Below, in pieces: positions 22,720 to 36,188 of a DNA stretch of 64,000 nt. The stretch comes from Plasmodiophora brassicae (Eukaryota): NCBI GenBank assembly GCA_036867785.1, contig CP145420.1, positions 1 through 64,000 of the forward strand. Reading direction: 5' to 3'. Numbering within the stretch: position 1 is the first letter of the stretch; every line of letters starts with the position of its first letter. A model generated the notes under the pieces. The model was given only the letters and a program-made list of their open reading frames with translations, was not told the origin of the DNA and searched no databases. The position numbers and the translations under genes are program-made.

Positions 22720-23269
22720 GATGGGATGCAGTTGGAGGGTAGCGTACGACACGGGCGCGATCCCCAACGCCAAATGAGGAGCGGTGCGACGCGGCGCCCC
22801 GCACGGACTCCGCCTTGTCGGTGCCGCCCGCTACTGGTACATACCCAACCTGCTCTATGTCCCGGCAACTGCAGCAAGGGTCGTATCGGGCGGTCGTTTC
22901 CGTGTGGTCATGTCGAGTACGGCGGGCCCCCCTTGCCCATCTCGAAGGTAGGTTGCGCACATCTGGTTCGCCAACCGAACCGATATTGACGCGGCAGTCG
23001 CGCAGAGCAGGACACACCGACGGAGGCACAAAGGCAGATACGAACTACGGCCAAATCGACGCAGGTTTCCGAAGTTTACCAAACGAACGGTGACACACTC
23101 GTACCCGAACCAAGTCGCGCTCAAGAGCTGATCTACAATGGTCCCGATCCAGGGCTCGCGTAAGCCGAATTCCCAACGTAGCAGGTAGAGAACGCGCTGC
23201 TGGGTTTAAAGAAATGGCGTTGTAATTGACGGTGACGATATAGGCTTGTTGGCGTTGAAACGGGTTTGT

Positions 23270-23827
23270 TTAGGTAGAAGAAGCGTCCTTAACAAGTTTC
23301 TTTTTCGGGATCTTGGGAAGAATAGTGCCCAGGACACGGTTGAGCTTGGCGATAATCTGCCCGTTCGGTATGGCGCGCCCGGTTTCGTAGTCAGTAATAA
23401 CAGTCTGCTTCTCGTTGATCAGTTGCGCCAGCTGCTTCTGAGTCAGGTTCTTCGCTTGCCGCGCCTTCAGCAACGCTATCTGAGAGAACGAATGGATTAC
23501 AGCTGAACCTCACATATATCCATAACAATGGGTATACCTTGAAATCCTGAGTAATCGCCTTGTGATGAAAGTCCTCCGTCTCTTCTTCCAGCTTCTTGGC
23601 ATTTGATGCACCAGTGACACGATTTGCTCCTATTGAATCCGGAAGTCAGACAGATCTATGCCTACAACGCTGCCATTCGACCGACCGGCGGCGAACTTCT
23701 TGACAGTCTCGACCTGGGCGCCGGAGCGCATCGCGGAATTGACGTCATCACGCTGGGCAGCCTTCTTGCCAGCGCCGCCGGCGCGCGTCTTGCGCAGGAC
23801 AACAGCGTTCCAGTCCTGATGCTCCAT
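23270..23827 (-). CDS. MBF1: Multiprotein bridging factor 1, 3 exons
   Basis: [55 protein letters not shown]. Confidence 0.93.
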
Positions 23828-24583
23828 GGATCTGTGGCCGGTCGCGTCCCGAGCCAACACCAGGACAAGTGGAAGTCCGTGAGATTGGGAGTGGCCCGTG
23901 GAACTTTCCGACTTGCCACCCTCCTCCAGAAGTTGGGCCAGCTGGGCCGTCGTTTCTTGTTCAGTGTCGCTCGACACGCTAAACTTCGCCCGGTAGGTCG
24001 TCTACCAGTACACCATCGCTCATCAGACAGACCCCCACGTAGCGAAACGGTCACTAAATATCCGCATTCATCGCCAGCACCCACCAGTCGCCTCCTTGCA
24101 GCCACCGGTCATCAAAATCGTTCATATTCACCATCCTTGCGTGCCCTAGCCCTGCAGCGGTTTCGCTGTGCACATCATCTTGAATGCCGATCCGTGCGAT
24201 ACCGAATATTCCGCTTTCGTGCACGCCGCACAGAACCGACCAGGAATCAATGCACTCGTTTACAGAGACAACGGCAGCGTAAGCCGCGTCGTCCGCTGAG
24301 CAGGCCGTTGAGGAAACGTTATGTTTCATATGAATGGACCATCGTTCCACAACCATCCTGCACAGGACGCCTCTGGACAGGTCCAACCCAAGACGTTTCC
24401 AAACCAACAACAGCAGGTAGCTCAAGTAACTACAATGTGGTGTACACCACATCGCTGCCTTGCATGTACAAATCCTAACACTGGTATGCTCTTTAACGTT
24501 TATCATTTTCCACATATCACACGCCCGCACTTGTACATGGACACTTCCAGTCCTCATGCCATACACATATACGGCTATTCACA

Positions 24584-25319
24584 TCAGGACCCGACAAGAT
24601 GATGACCTGTCCAGCATTCGTCCGCATCGACGTTCGTCGCTTTACGGGTGCTGCCGGCGCACTCAGAGTCGCTCTCGTACTGGCTCTCGTCATCGCTGGT
24701 AAAGATTTCGATCTCAAGCACGCTTGGGTCATCAGCGCCCAGCGTCTCATCGATTTCCACCTCCAGGTCGCTGAATTCGCTATCGTGAATCGTGGCGACG
24801 CCACCGACCAGCGATACTTCACTTCCACGCCTATTACACCGATCAGCTGAAGCACATCGGTGAGTCCGACAACTTGTACCTGCTCAACGCAATGCTGAGC
24901 TGCCTTCTCCTGACGACGTAGAATCTGTCCGAGTATCGCAGGCCTTGTGCAGTACCGCCAATGCAAGCGCCGTACAGGACGGCGAGCACGTCGCGCCGAA
25001 TGCGACATGTGTGGATGAGCCAGTCCTCGGCTACCGTCAATGTGATCAGTAGCACGAGCATGGTCAGCCAGTGGTGCAGATGCACGTGAAGGCGCCCAAC
25101 CGTGAAACGAACGGAGACGGACACGCCACCCAGGTATCGCTCGATGCGATTACGCTCACCAGCGGATGGCGCCGAGAGAAGATCGTAAACTGCGAACGAG
25201 GCGATGGCACCGAGCAGGCCCGGCAGCCCGAACAGGATCAGCGCGATGGCGGGACCAATGATACCATAGGTGACCCAGTGGCGGTGCCGATGGTGGAACA
25301 AGGCCAGCAGAATGCGCAT
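24584..25319 (-). CDS. Small membrane protein with HLHHW motif; inferred intron (~24830-24880) adds an acidic tail
   Basis: Three to four hydrophobic segments, RLHVHLHHWL, GG.AQGLRYSD; phase-compatible GT-AG intron leads to an Asp/Glu-rich exon. Confidence 0.6.
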
Positions 25320-27497
25320 TCAGGCCTCGAGCGGGGCGGTAGGGAACAGGCGGTCGCGGCTCGACAGGCGAGGCGCCTGCCAACGCCGCCAGGCGACTGT
25401 TCTGGAACAAAGGGAACGCGCTGGGCCGCTTGGCTGGACCCGGCACAACCACTGACGACGACGTCAAGGTCTCCTGGGTGGGTGCCGAAATTAGAATGAC
25501 GACGGGCGCGCGAGACTGCGAGTGCGAGCGTTGCGCTATCAATAGCGCCCGCTGCTGGATTAATCCGGCGTGACGTGTTGCGTCACGCAAAGTGCCACAC
25601 GCTACCAGGATGGAGAGATGCGGACCTTGAAGCCCACCAGATCGTGAAGCGACCCGGTCGCTTAGCACGATTTGTAACAAGCACATCGTGCGACCAACGA
25701 CTCGGAGTCAACGGTACTGTTGCCGTCACCTACCGCGATCTAGACGCCGCGTTGGCGGAAGCCGGGAGGGATCGCACCAGTGGGGTGACTGTCTATCCAG
25801 ATGCGGCATCTGTCCTCGGACCCCGTATCGACCCTGGATGGTTACCCGCTGCGACACGTAGGCGTTGACGACGCGGCATTCCGATTCGACCAGGGACACA
25901 CAGGTAGCCTTAACCTTGCGTAATCCGACCGTGGTACTGCGTACGTGGGGCTGTGCACTTAGTAGAGACCGACGACAACGTTGCCAAGCGATTGCGAATC
26001 GTCACACGATGTTCGGGCATCGTCGTTGATGGCTCGCCCCCACCTCGCCACCGGAGGTGTCTCATGTACTGGATGAAGATTACTTCTATCGTTTGGGAAC
26101 GGAACCAGGTGCGTAGGTATTCGGATCTGCTGATCCGCAACGGCATGCGGTTCGGAGAGGTACAGCGCCTGATCCGATGGGAAATGAAGCACTGACACAC
26201 ACGTCTACCCTATACAGAACGTCACTCGGCGAGCGTGCAGCAAAGCGTTCTTTTATTGGTACGCAGGTCTGCTTCGACGCCGTGGCCAACCGTCCTACAA
26301 TGAAACGTGTCAGAAAGGATTGCGATATCAATCGGAACGAGACTGATCCAGAAAAAGGGTCAGCAAGATTCCAAACGATTGTCATCAAATACAAATTCCA
26401 GTCCACTACTCATGAATTGAAAATCATTCCCGAATCGCTTCAGCACACCAATTGGACGTACCGAGCCATATGTGGATGGGCATTCGTCAAGCCACAGCAA
26501 AACCCTGGGTGAAACACAAATTAGCAATCCACATCAGACATCTAAGGAAGAATTCGAGCAACATAGTTTGCACTTCAATATCTGTAATTCGTCATCATAT
26601 GCAGATCGCACCGAAAGAGAATATCGTGCGCGCCCGTGTCAGTGCATGGACGGATTCGTCCGCACATGCACTGACACGGCTTGTGACTCTCTCGGCAACA
26701 TTGAAATCGTTTCAACATGGCGCGTATTGCAGCGCTCAGTAGAACGAAAGTTGTAATGATTTGTTGTGGTTCATCATCGAGAGTTCAATCGTTATCGACG
26801 TTCAACAATGCACAGCAAAATATTGCAATAACGGTACGTACAGGTCGGGCAGTACCGATGTATGGGTTTGGTGGCAAGGCGTACGAGCAGGCGACAGCAC
26901 GCGCACGCTTGGACGTTTGATTGTCAATGCCGCCACGGTGTCCGTGACGGAGTGCTCCGCGTCGAGAGTCGAGACACGGTGGCGCTCTAATATTTCGGTC
27001 CGACCTCGCCTGTTTTCGCCGATCACGGTGTCCTGCGTGGCTGCGCGTGTGCTGCTTGCCGTCCGTGACACCCGGGGCCCGACAGGAATCAACAGGTAAC
27101 CACGGATGGTCGCATGACATTGCTATGTCCAACTGGCCGCCAACATTGCGGACGAGAAAATGGCGGTGGCTATACGCGTCCGTGCGCACTAGTAACGGTT
27201 CGCACACCGTTCAACAAGCGTGCGCCTACGATCCATATGTTGTTGTGCACCGATTCAGTGCAGGCGCTGTCGCTCCTATCCCCGTAGGTCAGTTCCGCCG
27301 CCGGCTCGTCTTGGGCGCCCGCCGCGTGTGCATATCGAGATTGCGCGACTGACAATAAGTCCAAAAATAGCGGACGCCGCAGCATGCCCGCACGCACTTC
27401 CTGGGCAGTGCCTCGCAGTTCTTGATTTCGCCGCGAGGTCGCCAATCGCTCCGGCCACTGCCCTAGACGCACGCCAGGTGCCGCTGCCCCTAAACGA

Positions 27498-28376
27498 ATG
27501 TCGGCCGGCATGCCGAACAGCGGCGCCGTACCGCCCGGCATCGATCTCTCCGGCGCCGCCTTTGCCAACGACATGCCGTTCGGCGCCCCCCATGTCTATC
27601 AGGATCCCGTTGTCGGCATGGCGCTGGCCATCCTGAACTACATGCGCAGTGATGGCGTCCTCGACGCCGGCCTGCACGCATCCGCTCAGCACCTGCTCCG
27701 ACACACCGACCACGCGGCCCGCGCCTTCGTCTCGATCGCCGACCCGTCCATGCGCGTACGCTGGCTGCTCGACTGCATCCGAACATCGGCCGCGTCTGCG
27801 CCATCGCCTGCCATCCCCGTACAGCATGCCCCGTATCCGGATTTCGTCTTCAACACCAACGCCATGGTGCCCTCGCCGCTCGTGGCCTCGACGCTGCAGG
27901 CACCGTTCACGTTGCAGCGTCCGAAACCGGTTGTAACAGCGTCCGGTCTGCGCCTGACCCCAAAGACGGGCGTTGTTGTCGGCGCCGGCGGCAGCAGCTG
28001 CCATCACTGCAAGAACAGGAGGCCCGCCTCCCAGCTTCGCCTATGTGCGAACCGTATCCGGTCGATGTCCGCCTCGTCGAAGAAGCCCATCTGCAGGAAG
28101 AAGTTCTGCGAGCGGTGCCTGGAGAAGTTCGCGTACGACATCCGGATGGACACCTCGAGCCGTTGGGAGTGCCCGGCCTGCACCGGCACCTGCGTATGTG
28201 CCGTCTGCAAACGCAAATCGTCGCCGCCGCACGCGGATCAAGATGGTGCCGCCGTCGCGAGCACGCACGCGTTCGGCGTGACGAACCACGCCGCTGGTGT
28301 CCCGTTCACGTCCGCCTTCTGGGACACCGACCATATGCATGAGCTGTCCCCTGCGGGAGCCCTCCAGCTCCCATGA
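27498..28376 (+). CDS. zf-4CXXC_R1 (CDCA7/JMJ-type) zinc-finger protein
   Basis: SSCHHCK...C...CRKKFCERCL...WECPACTGTCVCAVCKRK. Confidence 0.85.
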   Translation: MSAGMPNSGAVPPGIDLSGAAFANDMPFGAPHVYQDPVVGMALAILNYMRSDGVLDAGLHASAQHLLRHTDHAARAFVSIADPSMRVRWLLDCIRTSAASAPSPAIPVQHAPYPDFVFNTNAMVPSPLVASTLQAPFTLQRPKPVVTASGLRLTPKTGVVVGAGGSSCHHCKNRRPASQLRLCANRIRSMSASSKKPICRKKFCERCLEKFAYDIRMDTSSRWECPACTGTCVCAVCKRKSSPPHADQDGAAVASTHAFGVTNHAAGVPFTSAFWDTDHMHELSPAGALQLP

Positions 28377-28424
28377 ACCACCCGAAGGAGTCGTCGTACG
28401 TGCACATATATACATGTACTAGTA

Positions 28425-29186
28425 CTATTGCTGCTGCGCGTCGGGGCTGTCGGTCTCGTGATCGTTGCTGCTGCGCACCCGGGCGACATGGCCGCCGTCC
28501 CTGGCCCAGCAGTCGGCCAGGTCGCGATCCCGGGGCGTCACCCGGATAAAGTCCAGCGACCTGAGGTGCGGGAACGCGTGGATCGTCGCCAGGCGATAGT
28601 GCTTGCGGGACTCGCACGGGTTGCCGAACAGGGTCAGCTTCTGCAGGCACGGCGCCTGGCGCGACAGCTGGTCGAGGACGGGGCCCAGCCTGCCGATCCG
28701 GTTGGCGTGCAGGTAGACGACGCGCAGGTTGACGAACGGGGCCAGCTGCCCCGGGGCGATCTCCTCGATCGCGTTATGCGACAGGTCCAGCCAGGATATG
28801 TCGGCGACGCTGTCGACGAGCCGGACCGCCTGCCCGGGCAGGCCGTCCAGCGACCCGATCTGGTTGTACGACAGCTTGATGGCCGTCGTGCGCAGGTGCA
28901 ACGTCAATCGGGGCGACCCGCCCGGGTCGGCGACAGGTGCCCCGGCCGTGTCAACGGGGCCGCCCACGGGCGCGGGCGCTTCCCCGTCGACAGTGACGCC
29001 GGCGTCGCTCCCGATTGGCGTCTGGCGAGCCGCAGCGGGATCCGGGCTGGGCGACACCGCCGGCAGCAGGTGCCGCGCGCCCTTCGTCGCCTCATGCGTT
29101 TCCAGGTCGGCAATCGAGTGCAGGTCCTGGAACGAGTAGTCGAGCGGCGGGCCCGACGTCGTCGCACGGTTGCCCACCGAGTTCAT
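28425..29186 (-). CDS. Leucine-rich repeat protein, LRRC51-like
   Basis: PLDYSF, WLDLSHNAI, LRVVYLHANRI, LTLFGNP, LRSLDF. Confidence 0.85.
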   Translation of the reverse strand: MNSVGNRATTSGPPLDYSFQDLHSIADLETHEATKGARHLLPAVSPSPDPAAARQTPIGSDAGVTVDGEAPAPVGGPVDTAGAPVADPGGSPRLTLHLRTTAIKLSYNQIGSLDGLPGQAVRLVDSVADISWLDLSHNAIEEIAPGQLAPFVNLRVVYLHANRIGRLGPVLDQLSRQAPCLQKLTLFGNPCESRKHYRLATIHAFPHLRSLDFIRVTPRDRDLADCWARDGGHVARVRSSNDHETDSPDAQQQ

Positions 29187-29371
29187 GCGCCCCGCTGACA
29201 GACGACGACCCGCGCGCCGACAGATATTGATCGCAATTGCAGACGACAGGGGGGGGTGGCGCGTGCCCCCTGATACGGCACCGTCTCCCGAAACGCGAAC
29301 GCGACACGGGTCCTACGCGACCAATACGTGTAGTACTGTGCAAACGAGAAAGCGGGAGCTTAGGGTTGCCA

Positions 29372-30345
29372 TCAGGGTGCCTTCATGCGCAGCGACGATC
29401 CGGCCAGGCCCGCCTGTGCAATGGTGGCCGCTGGATCCGACAATGGCCTGGGTGGGAACCCGCCCAGCAGGTCGAACGTGGCGGGCGCCCCGGTCAGCCT
29501 GTACACCCCAGGGTCAGCGCACGCGACGACGGGCAGGCGTCAACGATCGCAGGCGTACTGCATGACGTGCTGGAACAGGTCGAGGACCGTATGCCGGGCG
29601 GCATTGACCTGGATGCGATGCCGGGACCCGTCCAGGGCGGCGACCTGCACGGTACTGACGGGCTCACCCGCCACCAGCGATAACGGCGCCGCTCGCGCCG
29701 CGCTACACGCAGGGCCCCCGCATCAGTACGTCCTCCTCTCGCCATGGGCGACTGCCTGCAGCAACAACGACGCCAACCTGAAGGTGGAGGCGGCGGACGG
29801 CTGTGCGGACCGGAGCGAGAATCCCTGGCCCTGGAACGCCTGGAACGCAGGGACGTAATCCTCGGACGTCTTGCTGACCAGGTTGACGCCAACGTCCTGC
29901 GCCGCGCCCGATGCCTGTCGCACCTGGGGCTCGAGCTCCTCGGGCACGCGCTGCGCCAGCAGGTCGGCCATGAAGCGCTGGTTGTCGGGGCGCGCCGCAT
30001 CGCGGAACGGCCCGTCGGTGCCGTCCGGGTTCGTGACGATGAACCCGTTCCTGTAGACGGTAATGGTCACCAGCGGATGCGCGACCGGGCCCATACCCGT
30101 CTGCGCCTGCCGGTAGCCGGCCGCCACGATCGCCGACGTGTCGATCGGGGCGTCGCCCCGCACCGGTCGCAGGACCGCCGTGCCACTGTTCGCGACGCGC
30201 GCGCGCCCGGGTCAGTCCAGCGACGAGCGGCGCCCGGTGACGCTGCTGACCTCTGGTGGCCGCCCTGTGAGAACTCCTCCACGCGGCGCGCATCGGCGTT
30301 CGACGCCCGCAGATCGTCGATGGAGTGGACGCCGCCGCGCGACAT
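29372..30345 (-). CDS. p97/Cdc48 cofactor p47-like (SEP + SHP + UBX), multi-exon
   Basis: ITVYRNGFIV, VPEEL, AFQGQGFSL, UBX GFPPRPL..TIAQAGL. Confidence 0.88.
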
Positions 30346-30533
30346 GGCGACCGACGACAGCGCGCGAAACTCCGAACACACTTTGCTCTGACCGCCGCAC
30401 GCCGCGTGTCACCCACCGGCCACAAAGGCGCCGCCTGACCCGGCCCCGTCTGCCCCGCACCGTTCGTCGAATGCGCGCGCCGGCAGTACGACGAAACCAC
30501 AGCGTTTACTACGTGTAAAGGGCAAACCGATCG

Positions 30534-33500
30534 TCAGTAGTCGTCGTCGTCGTCGTCGTCGCTGACATCGGTGAACCCGTCGCCATCGCTGCCGCCGGCG
30601 TCCTCCTCGCTGGATTCAACGTAGACGACGCGGGCGGACGCTGCGGCACGACGAGTCTTCGTTGCAGGTTTCGCAGGTGCAGGCGGCGCCGCGACGCCAC
30701 TCTTCGCGAGCTTCACGTCGTCGTCGTCGTCGCTGGATACGGCTGCCGCACGGCGACCCTTCGCCGCCGGTCTGGCGGGTGGAGCGACAACGTCGTTCTT
30801 CACGTACTTGGCGTTCTCGTCGCCGGGGCCGGCATCGGGCATGCTGGCGCCGGCAGCGGGGCGGCCTCGAGGCTTGGCCGGATGCTTAGGAGGGCGGGGC
30901 GCACTCGACAGCTGCTTCGACAGGCGGGGCACGTTGGGGGCTGCCGCGCCCGTCTGCCCATCAGCGCCATCGTCCTCGTCGATCGTGAACGGGTCGTCAA
31001 ACGAGGAGCCGCCGCCCTCAGACAGCAGCAGCATCTTGGACTTCTTGTGGGCAGGCGATGGCGCCGACTTCTTCGGCGCAACCGACCGTTTCGCCGCCCC
31101 GGGCCGGTCCTTGGCGGCGGCAACCCGTTCCGCCAGTGGCTTCTTCTTCAGGATGACAATGTCGTCATCGCTGTCCGACAATTCGTCCGATTCGGAATCG
31201 ACCGCAGTCGCCTTTCGTGCTGCTGCTGCTGCTGCTGCTGCCGTTGACGACTTGGGCTTGGCAGACGCTGCCGTTGACGACTTGGGCTTGGCAGATGCTG
31301 CCGTTGACGACTTGGGCTTGGCAGATGACGACGTCGTGGCGGGCTTGCGTGTCGATGGGGCGGGATCCAGAAGTTTCGGCTTGGTTTCCACAAAGTCCAG
31401 CTCGTCGAATGCTGCAGACAGGATGCGATCCGTGTCATTTCCGGTCGTGTTCGGCAACGCGATGCGGTTCTCTTTCGAACCTTCATCGGCGGCATCACCA
31501 TCGGCGACGGTCATGACGACGTCAGGGACCGGGTCGGTCTCAACCGCCAGCGTCGAGCAATCGCGGGCGCGGCATGCGCTAGCCTCCATCAGCGCCACGT
31601 GAGGGTTCGACCGGCCCGTCTTGCGCATCAGCGTCGCGTCCGCTTGCCTCTGCTCCTTCTCCTCCTGGGCTTCATGTGCGTCCAGCGCTGCCACGAACCG
31701 GTCGAGGTCGCCGCGCCACATATCTTGCCAGGTCACCTTCTGCAGCTTGCCAATCTCAGCACGGCAGGCCGCCAGCGACTGCTCGAGTTCGGCCGCCGCC
31801 TCCATGGTCAACGACAGGAGCGGCATGGTGAGCAGGTAGGAATACGACTTCTTGTCGTCATTGTCATCGCCGTCGCCGTCGTCAATGATGGATGGCGACA
31901 CCTGCTTGACTATCAGCGTCGAGTCGTGCTTCACGCCCGGAAGTTTGTCGAATTTCATGCGCGTCAGCGTGTCCTCGATCTCGGCGCGTGGGACGTTGCG
32001 AATCGCGATCGTGTCATTGCATACGCCCCTGATGAACCGGCACTTGTTGTCCAGACGCCGGCACTGCCGCTCGAGGACCGACAGCAGATGTTTCTTCCGC
32101 AGAAGGTACAGCTGCTGGCGGGCACGAGCATGCTCCAGCAGGATGTCCTGGACCCGGGCGTATTGCCCGATCTGACCAGCCTCGTTGAACAGCGTCATGT
32201 TCGTTGTCGAGATCGAATGCGTCAACTTGAAGATGCGCAGGAGTTCGTTCGTGTCGGCGGCACGTAGAGCCTGCCCAGCTGGTTCGTCCGACAGCTGGAT
32301 GGTGAAATCCACACGATTATCGGTGTGGCGAGCCTCAAATCCTGCAGGAACATTCAGCTCCTCCGCCCTCGGTACGGTTCGGGAGCACGGGCCGTGCCCT
32401 ACCTGCAATTTCTTTCTTCTCGTCCATGGCCTCAAACATGGCTTTGTAGCTGTCCGTCGACTTGTGCATTGGCAGCTCCAGGATCTCAATAGAGTTAGCG
32501 TTTCTTTTGACGATGCCGGTGACCTCGTACTTGTTGCACTGCGAGCTCGCCGACCGTTTCTCGGCGACGCGCCGGATGTCACCGAGGAACCCCTTGTACC
32601 AAGGGTGCAGCGACAGAAGGGAATCAGTGCGGCCGCCGCTGTCGATATAGCATTGGACCCATCGGACAAGATGGCGCGGGTTGTACTGCGGGACCGATGT
32701 GGACCACCCGGTCCCAATACCTTCGGCGCCGTTCACAAGTACCATAGCAATGATCGGCACGTAGAACTTGGGTTCAATCCGCATCCCGTCATCATCGAGG
32801 TAGTCGAGCAGTGCGTCGTCCTCGGGCGGGAACAAGGTTCTCGTCACTGGCGACAATCCCGTGTAGATGTATCGAGGAGAGGCAGCGTCCTTGCCTTGTG
32901 CGTGACGCGTGCCGAACTGACCGATGGGGAGAAGCAAGTTGATCTATGGATAACACAGTCAGCATGACTGTCATGGCGTCTCAAGCGACACGGGTACGTT
33001 ATTGGAGCCCATGTAATTCTGGGCGAGGTTGATGATCGTGGCCGTCAGCGAAGCTTCACCATGATGGTAGGCTGAGTGTTCGGCAACGTAACCAGAAAGT
33101 TGAGCGACCTTGATTTCGCCCGTCAGTTTACGCTTGAAACAGGAGTAGAGAATCTTCCGCTGCCCGGGCTTGAGACCGTCGAGGAGCGACGGAATTGACC
33201 GGACGTTATCCGACTGCGAGAACAGGACCAACTCACGGTCAACGAATTCCGTATAGGTGACAGATCCCTTCCGGTAGTCGATATAGGTTCCAGGATCAAG
33301 CTCCGCGAGCCAACGCTTGCGATCTTCAACACGCTTCTTACTGAACGCCTTCTCGATCGCGTCGTCGTTGCCTGCGCCGTTATGGGCAGTGTCCCACTTG
33401 AATTTGACGCGGTGCTGATCGATACGAGAGAAGTAGTCTTTCGCGTCCTTGCTGGTCGACGTCCCTAAACCTTTGAAGTACTTGATTTTCCATCCTGACG

Positions 33501-35782
33501 GATTTGCCTTGCGCCATGTTTCGTATTCCGGAATTGTGTAGAACGGAACCTCTTGCGAGCCCCGACGACATTTTACAATCGGCGTGATCTGCGACAAGGG
33601 GTCAGACCAAGGGAAACGAAAGGGAAACGTGGCAACGAACAAATTGGGATAAGAACGACGGTTGTTGCAATAACGATGGCCAGAACGTATGCAGGAAGTT
33701 GATCAGAAGCCCCTACGCCATTTGGTGAGGACGGCAATGCGTCGCGGCCAAGGTTGCCTTACCTTGATATGCGAACCGTCGTGATCTTGATCGGTCATCT
33801 ACGTCCAAGCACAACGTCATAAATGCGGACACGAAACGATGATGACAATCGCTTACAATCATAAGATGACCATACCGAAGCTTTGAAACGTCCGCGTAGG
33901 TGTGCCCTTGTTGCAAGCCAAGAATCTTCTTGATGTTGCTGATCTCCTCATTCTTCAGTATCATAGCGCTGGACGCATCGCGGACGTTGAGAAGCTTGCC
34001 CTTTAACGGGAAGACGCCGTACGCGTCGCGCCCAACGATAGAAAGACCTGACACAGCCAGAGCTTTGGCGGAATCCCCTTCCGTCAGAATAAGGGTGCAC
34101 TTCGACGAGTTCTTTGTCCCGGCCCAGTTGGCATCGTCCAACCTGTGATGCGATGAGCAACTGTGGACGAAGCATTATTCATGAACGACTGACTTTGGAA
34201 TCCCTCCGATCTTGGACTTCTTCGTCCCATCGTTCTTTTTCAGCTCCTTGGATTCCCGGAATTTGGACCATGACAAGACAGCGTCGCGGACACCAACATC
34301 CATCACTGTACGCCGCCCATATCTTAAACCGGCTCCCGTTTCCATCAGCCCTATCGTCCTACCTTTCTTGACAAAGGCCTCCGGGATGTCGCATTTCGAC
34401 CCGAATGTCTTTGCATTTGAAGTGAGCGTCTCCTTCGTCTGTGAATCGAACGCGGGATTCTCGATCAGGGAATTAACGAACACGAACAGGTGGTTTCGGA
34501 TGTGTGACGGTTTTAGCGTCTTTGGAGCGCCTTTCTTCTTCGAGATGCCTGCAGAGGAGGAGTCAATCCAATGAAGCCTCCTGCCCACGTGCAATGTCAC
34601 GTACTCGCAAGAACCATCTTGCAGATCTGATCTGTTACATGGTCGACGTGCTTGCCGCCTTTCATTGTCCAGATGGAATTGACGAATGATACCTGTTCAA
34701 AGGTGCCATCGCTGACCGCCACCGCGATCTGCCAGCGGTCGTTGGAAGCGTCAAACACACGATCCTGCTTGTCGGGATGCTCTGGCAAATAGAGACCGAC
34801 GTAGTCCTTGAACGTCTTCACCGGCAATCGTTCGCCGTTCAGGTAGACCTTGACTGCCCTGTCCGTGCATCCAGCCAAGTCGTAGACCCGCTTGACAAGC
34901 AGATCATAGATGTCGTCGTCAAAGGCGGTCATGCCGAATTTGCCGAAATCGGGTTGGAACGTGATACGGGTCCAGTCCTGAGCGCACCTCAGGGACGGTT
35001 AATTCGCAAATCCGCCCACGCGTACCTGCTTCGTGACAGCAGCCTTGACAGTGGGTTTCGCATGGACGGACATGTTATTCTCGAAAATCTGATAGCGACA
35101 CGGTCAGCAAACAGGAAGCGGCACGAATCGGGCCACGGGGGACCTGCGTGAAATACAAGCCAGCATCGCAGTCATTCGTCTCAACAACGAACCGCCTTGA
35201 ATAGATATTGGTCAGCTTGGCACCGAAACCATTGCGACCACCAGTGGTCTTCTTCTCTGCGTCGTCGTAGTTGCTCGACGTCAGCAGGTGCTAAGCGAAC
35301 CACGAGTCAAAGTGGGATCCAGTGTCGACGATGATCATGACTGTTTACGCCAAAGATCAGCTCGGGGACGTATATGTTGTGCTCGCTGTGAATGCGCACG
35401 GGAATTGCCTGGCCGTTATTGAAAACCGATATCTGCCCTTTCTCCCGATCAATGTCAACTTTGATGGTGTCCATGTGTTCAGGATCGCGCTGCTTGTTGT
35501 CAGCAGCGTTAACGAGGATCTGGTCATATTGAACGATGTGTCAGGACGTCGGAACGCTTGAAAACAAGGTTCTCCTCTAACCTCGTCGAATATTTTATAG
35601 AGGGCCGGCACGATGTTGATCGTTCGCCTCTCCATCGCCGTCCGCGACGCATTCAAAAGCCATATGTTTCTGAGCTCGGCGACCTCAACAGACCCGACAT
35701 AGGTGTCGGGACGCAGCAGGATATGCTCCAGCTGGGTCTTCTTCTGGTAGGTCTGCTCGATGGATCGCCCGGAGACGACCAT
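30534..35782 (-). CDS. TOP2: DNA topoisomerase II, multi-exon
   Basis: YQKKTQLEHILLRPDTYVGS, LILTEGDSAK, PLKGKLLNVRDA, YFKGLGTS, DGLKPGQRK, AYHHGE, ASPRYI, GIGTGWST. Confidence 0.97.
31218..31330 (-). repeat. Coding tandem repeats in the TOP2 tail: 30-bp unit x~3 (SAKPKSSTAA) plus a (GCA)n poly-Ala run
   Basis: GCCGTTGACGACTTGGGCTTGGCAGA repeated; (TGC)n run. Confidence 0.9.
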
Positions 35783-36188
35783 GGTGGCAGGGGCGCGGCG
35801 CTCTCGCCGTCAGAGCCAGTCCCCGACAGATCTGTCGGCGCTCGCACAACGCCCACCCGGCAACGACTGCTGTCCGGTCGACGTCTGACAGGCGGTGGGC
35901 CGTGGCAGTATTTCTCGAGTGACGCGGTGTCCCCCGCGGGTGCCACTTCCACTTCCACTGACCTTTCTGGGTCAAGTCCGCGACGCGCGCCGCAAACCTC
36001 TCGCTGGCAGTCGTGACTCGTGCGGCCTGTGCATCGCCAACGTCGTCAGCAAAGGCAGCTGGCGGGTATTTACGTAGCGCGGCGGCGGCACGTTCGAGGT
36101 CATGCCCGATGGGGGAGAAACGACACGGCACTCTTCGATCGTGTCGAGTTCTGGATCGCGCAATGGTAACGGGGACGCCCGGGGGTCG

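Noticed and set aside
29360-29368. Isolated TTAGGG hexamers (also ~5192)
   Set aside because: Single short matches are expected by chance; not interstitial telomeric arrays.
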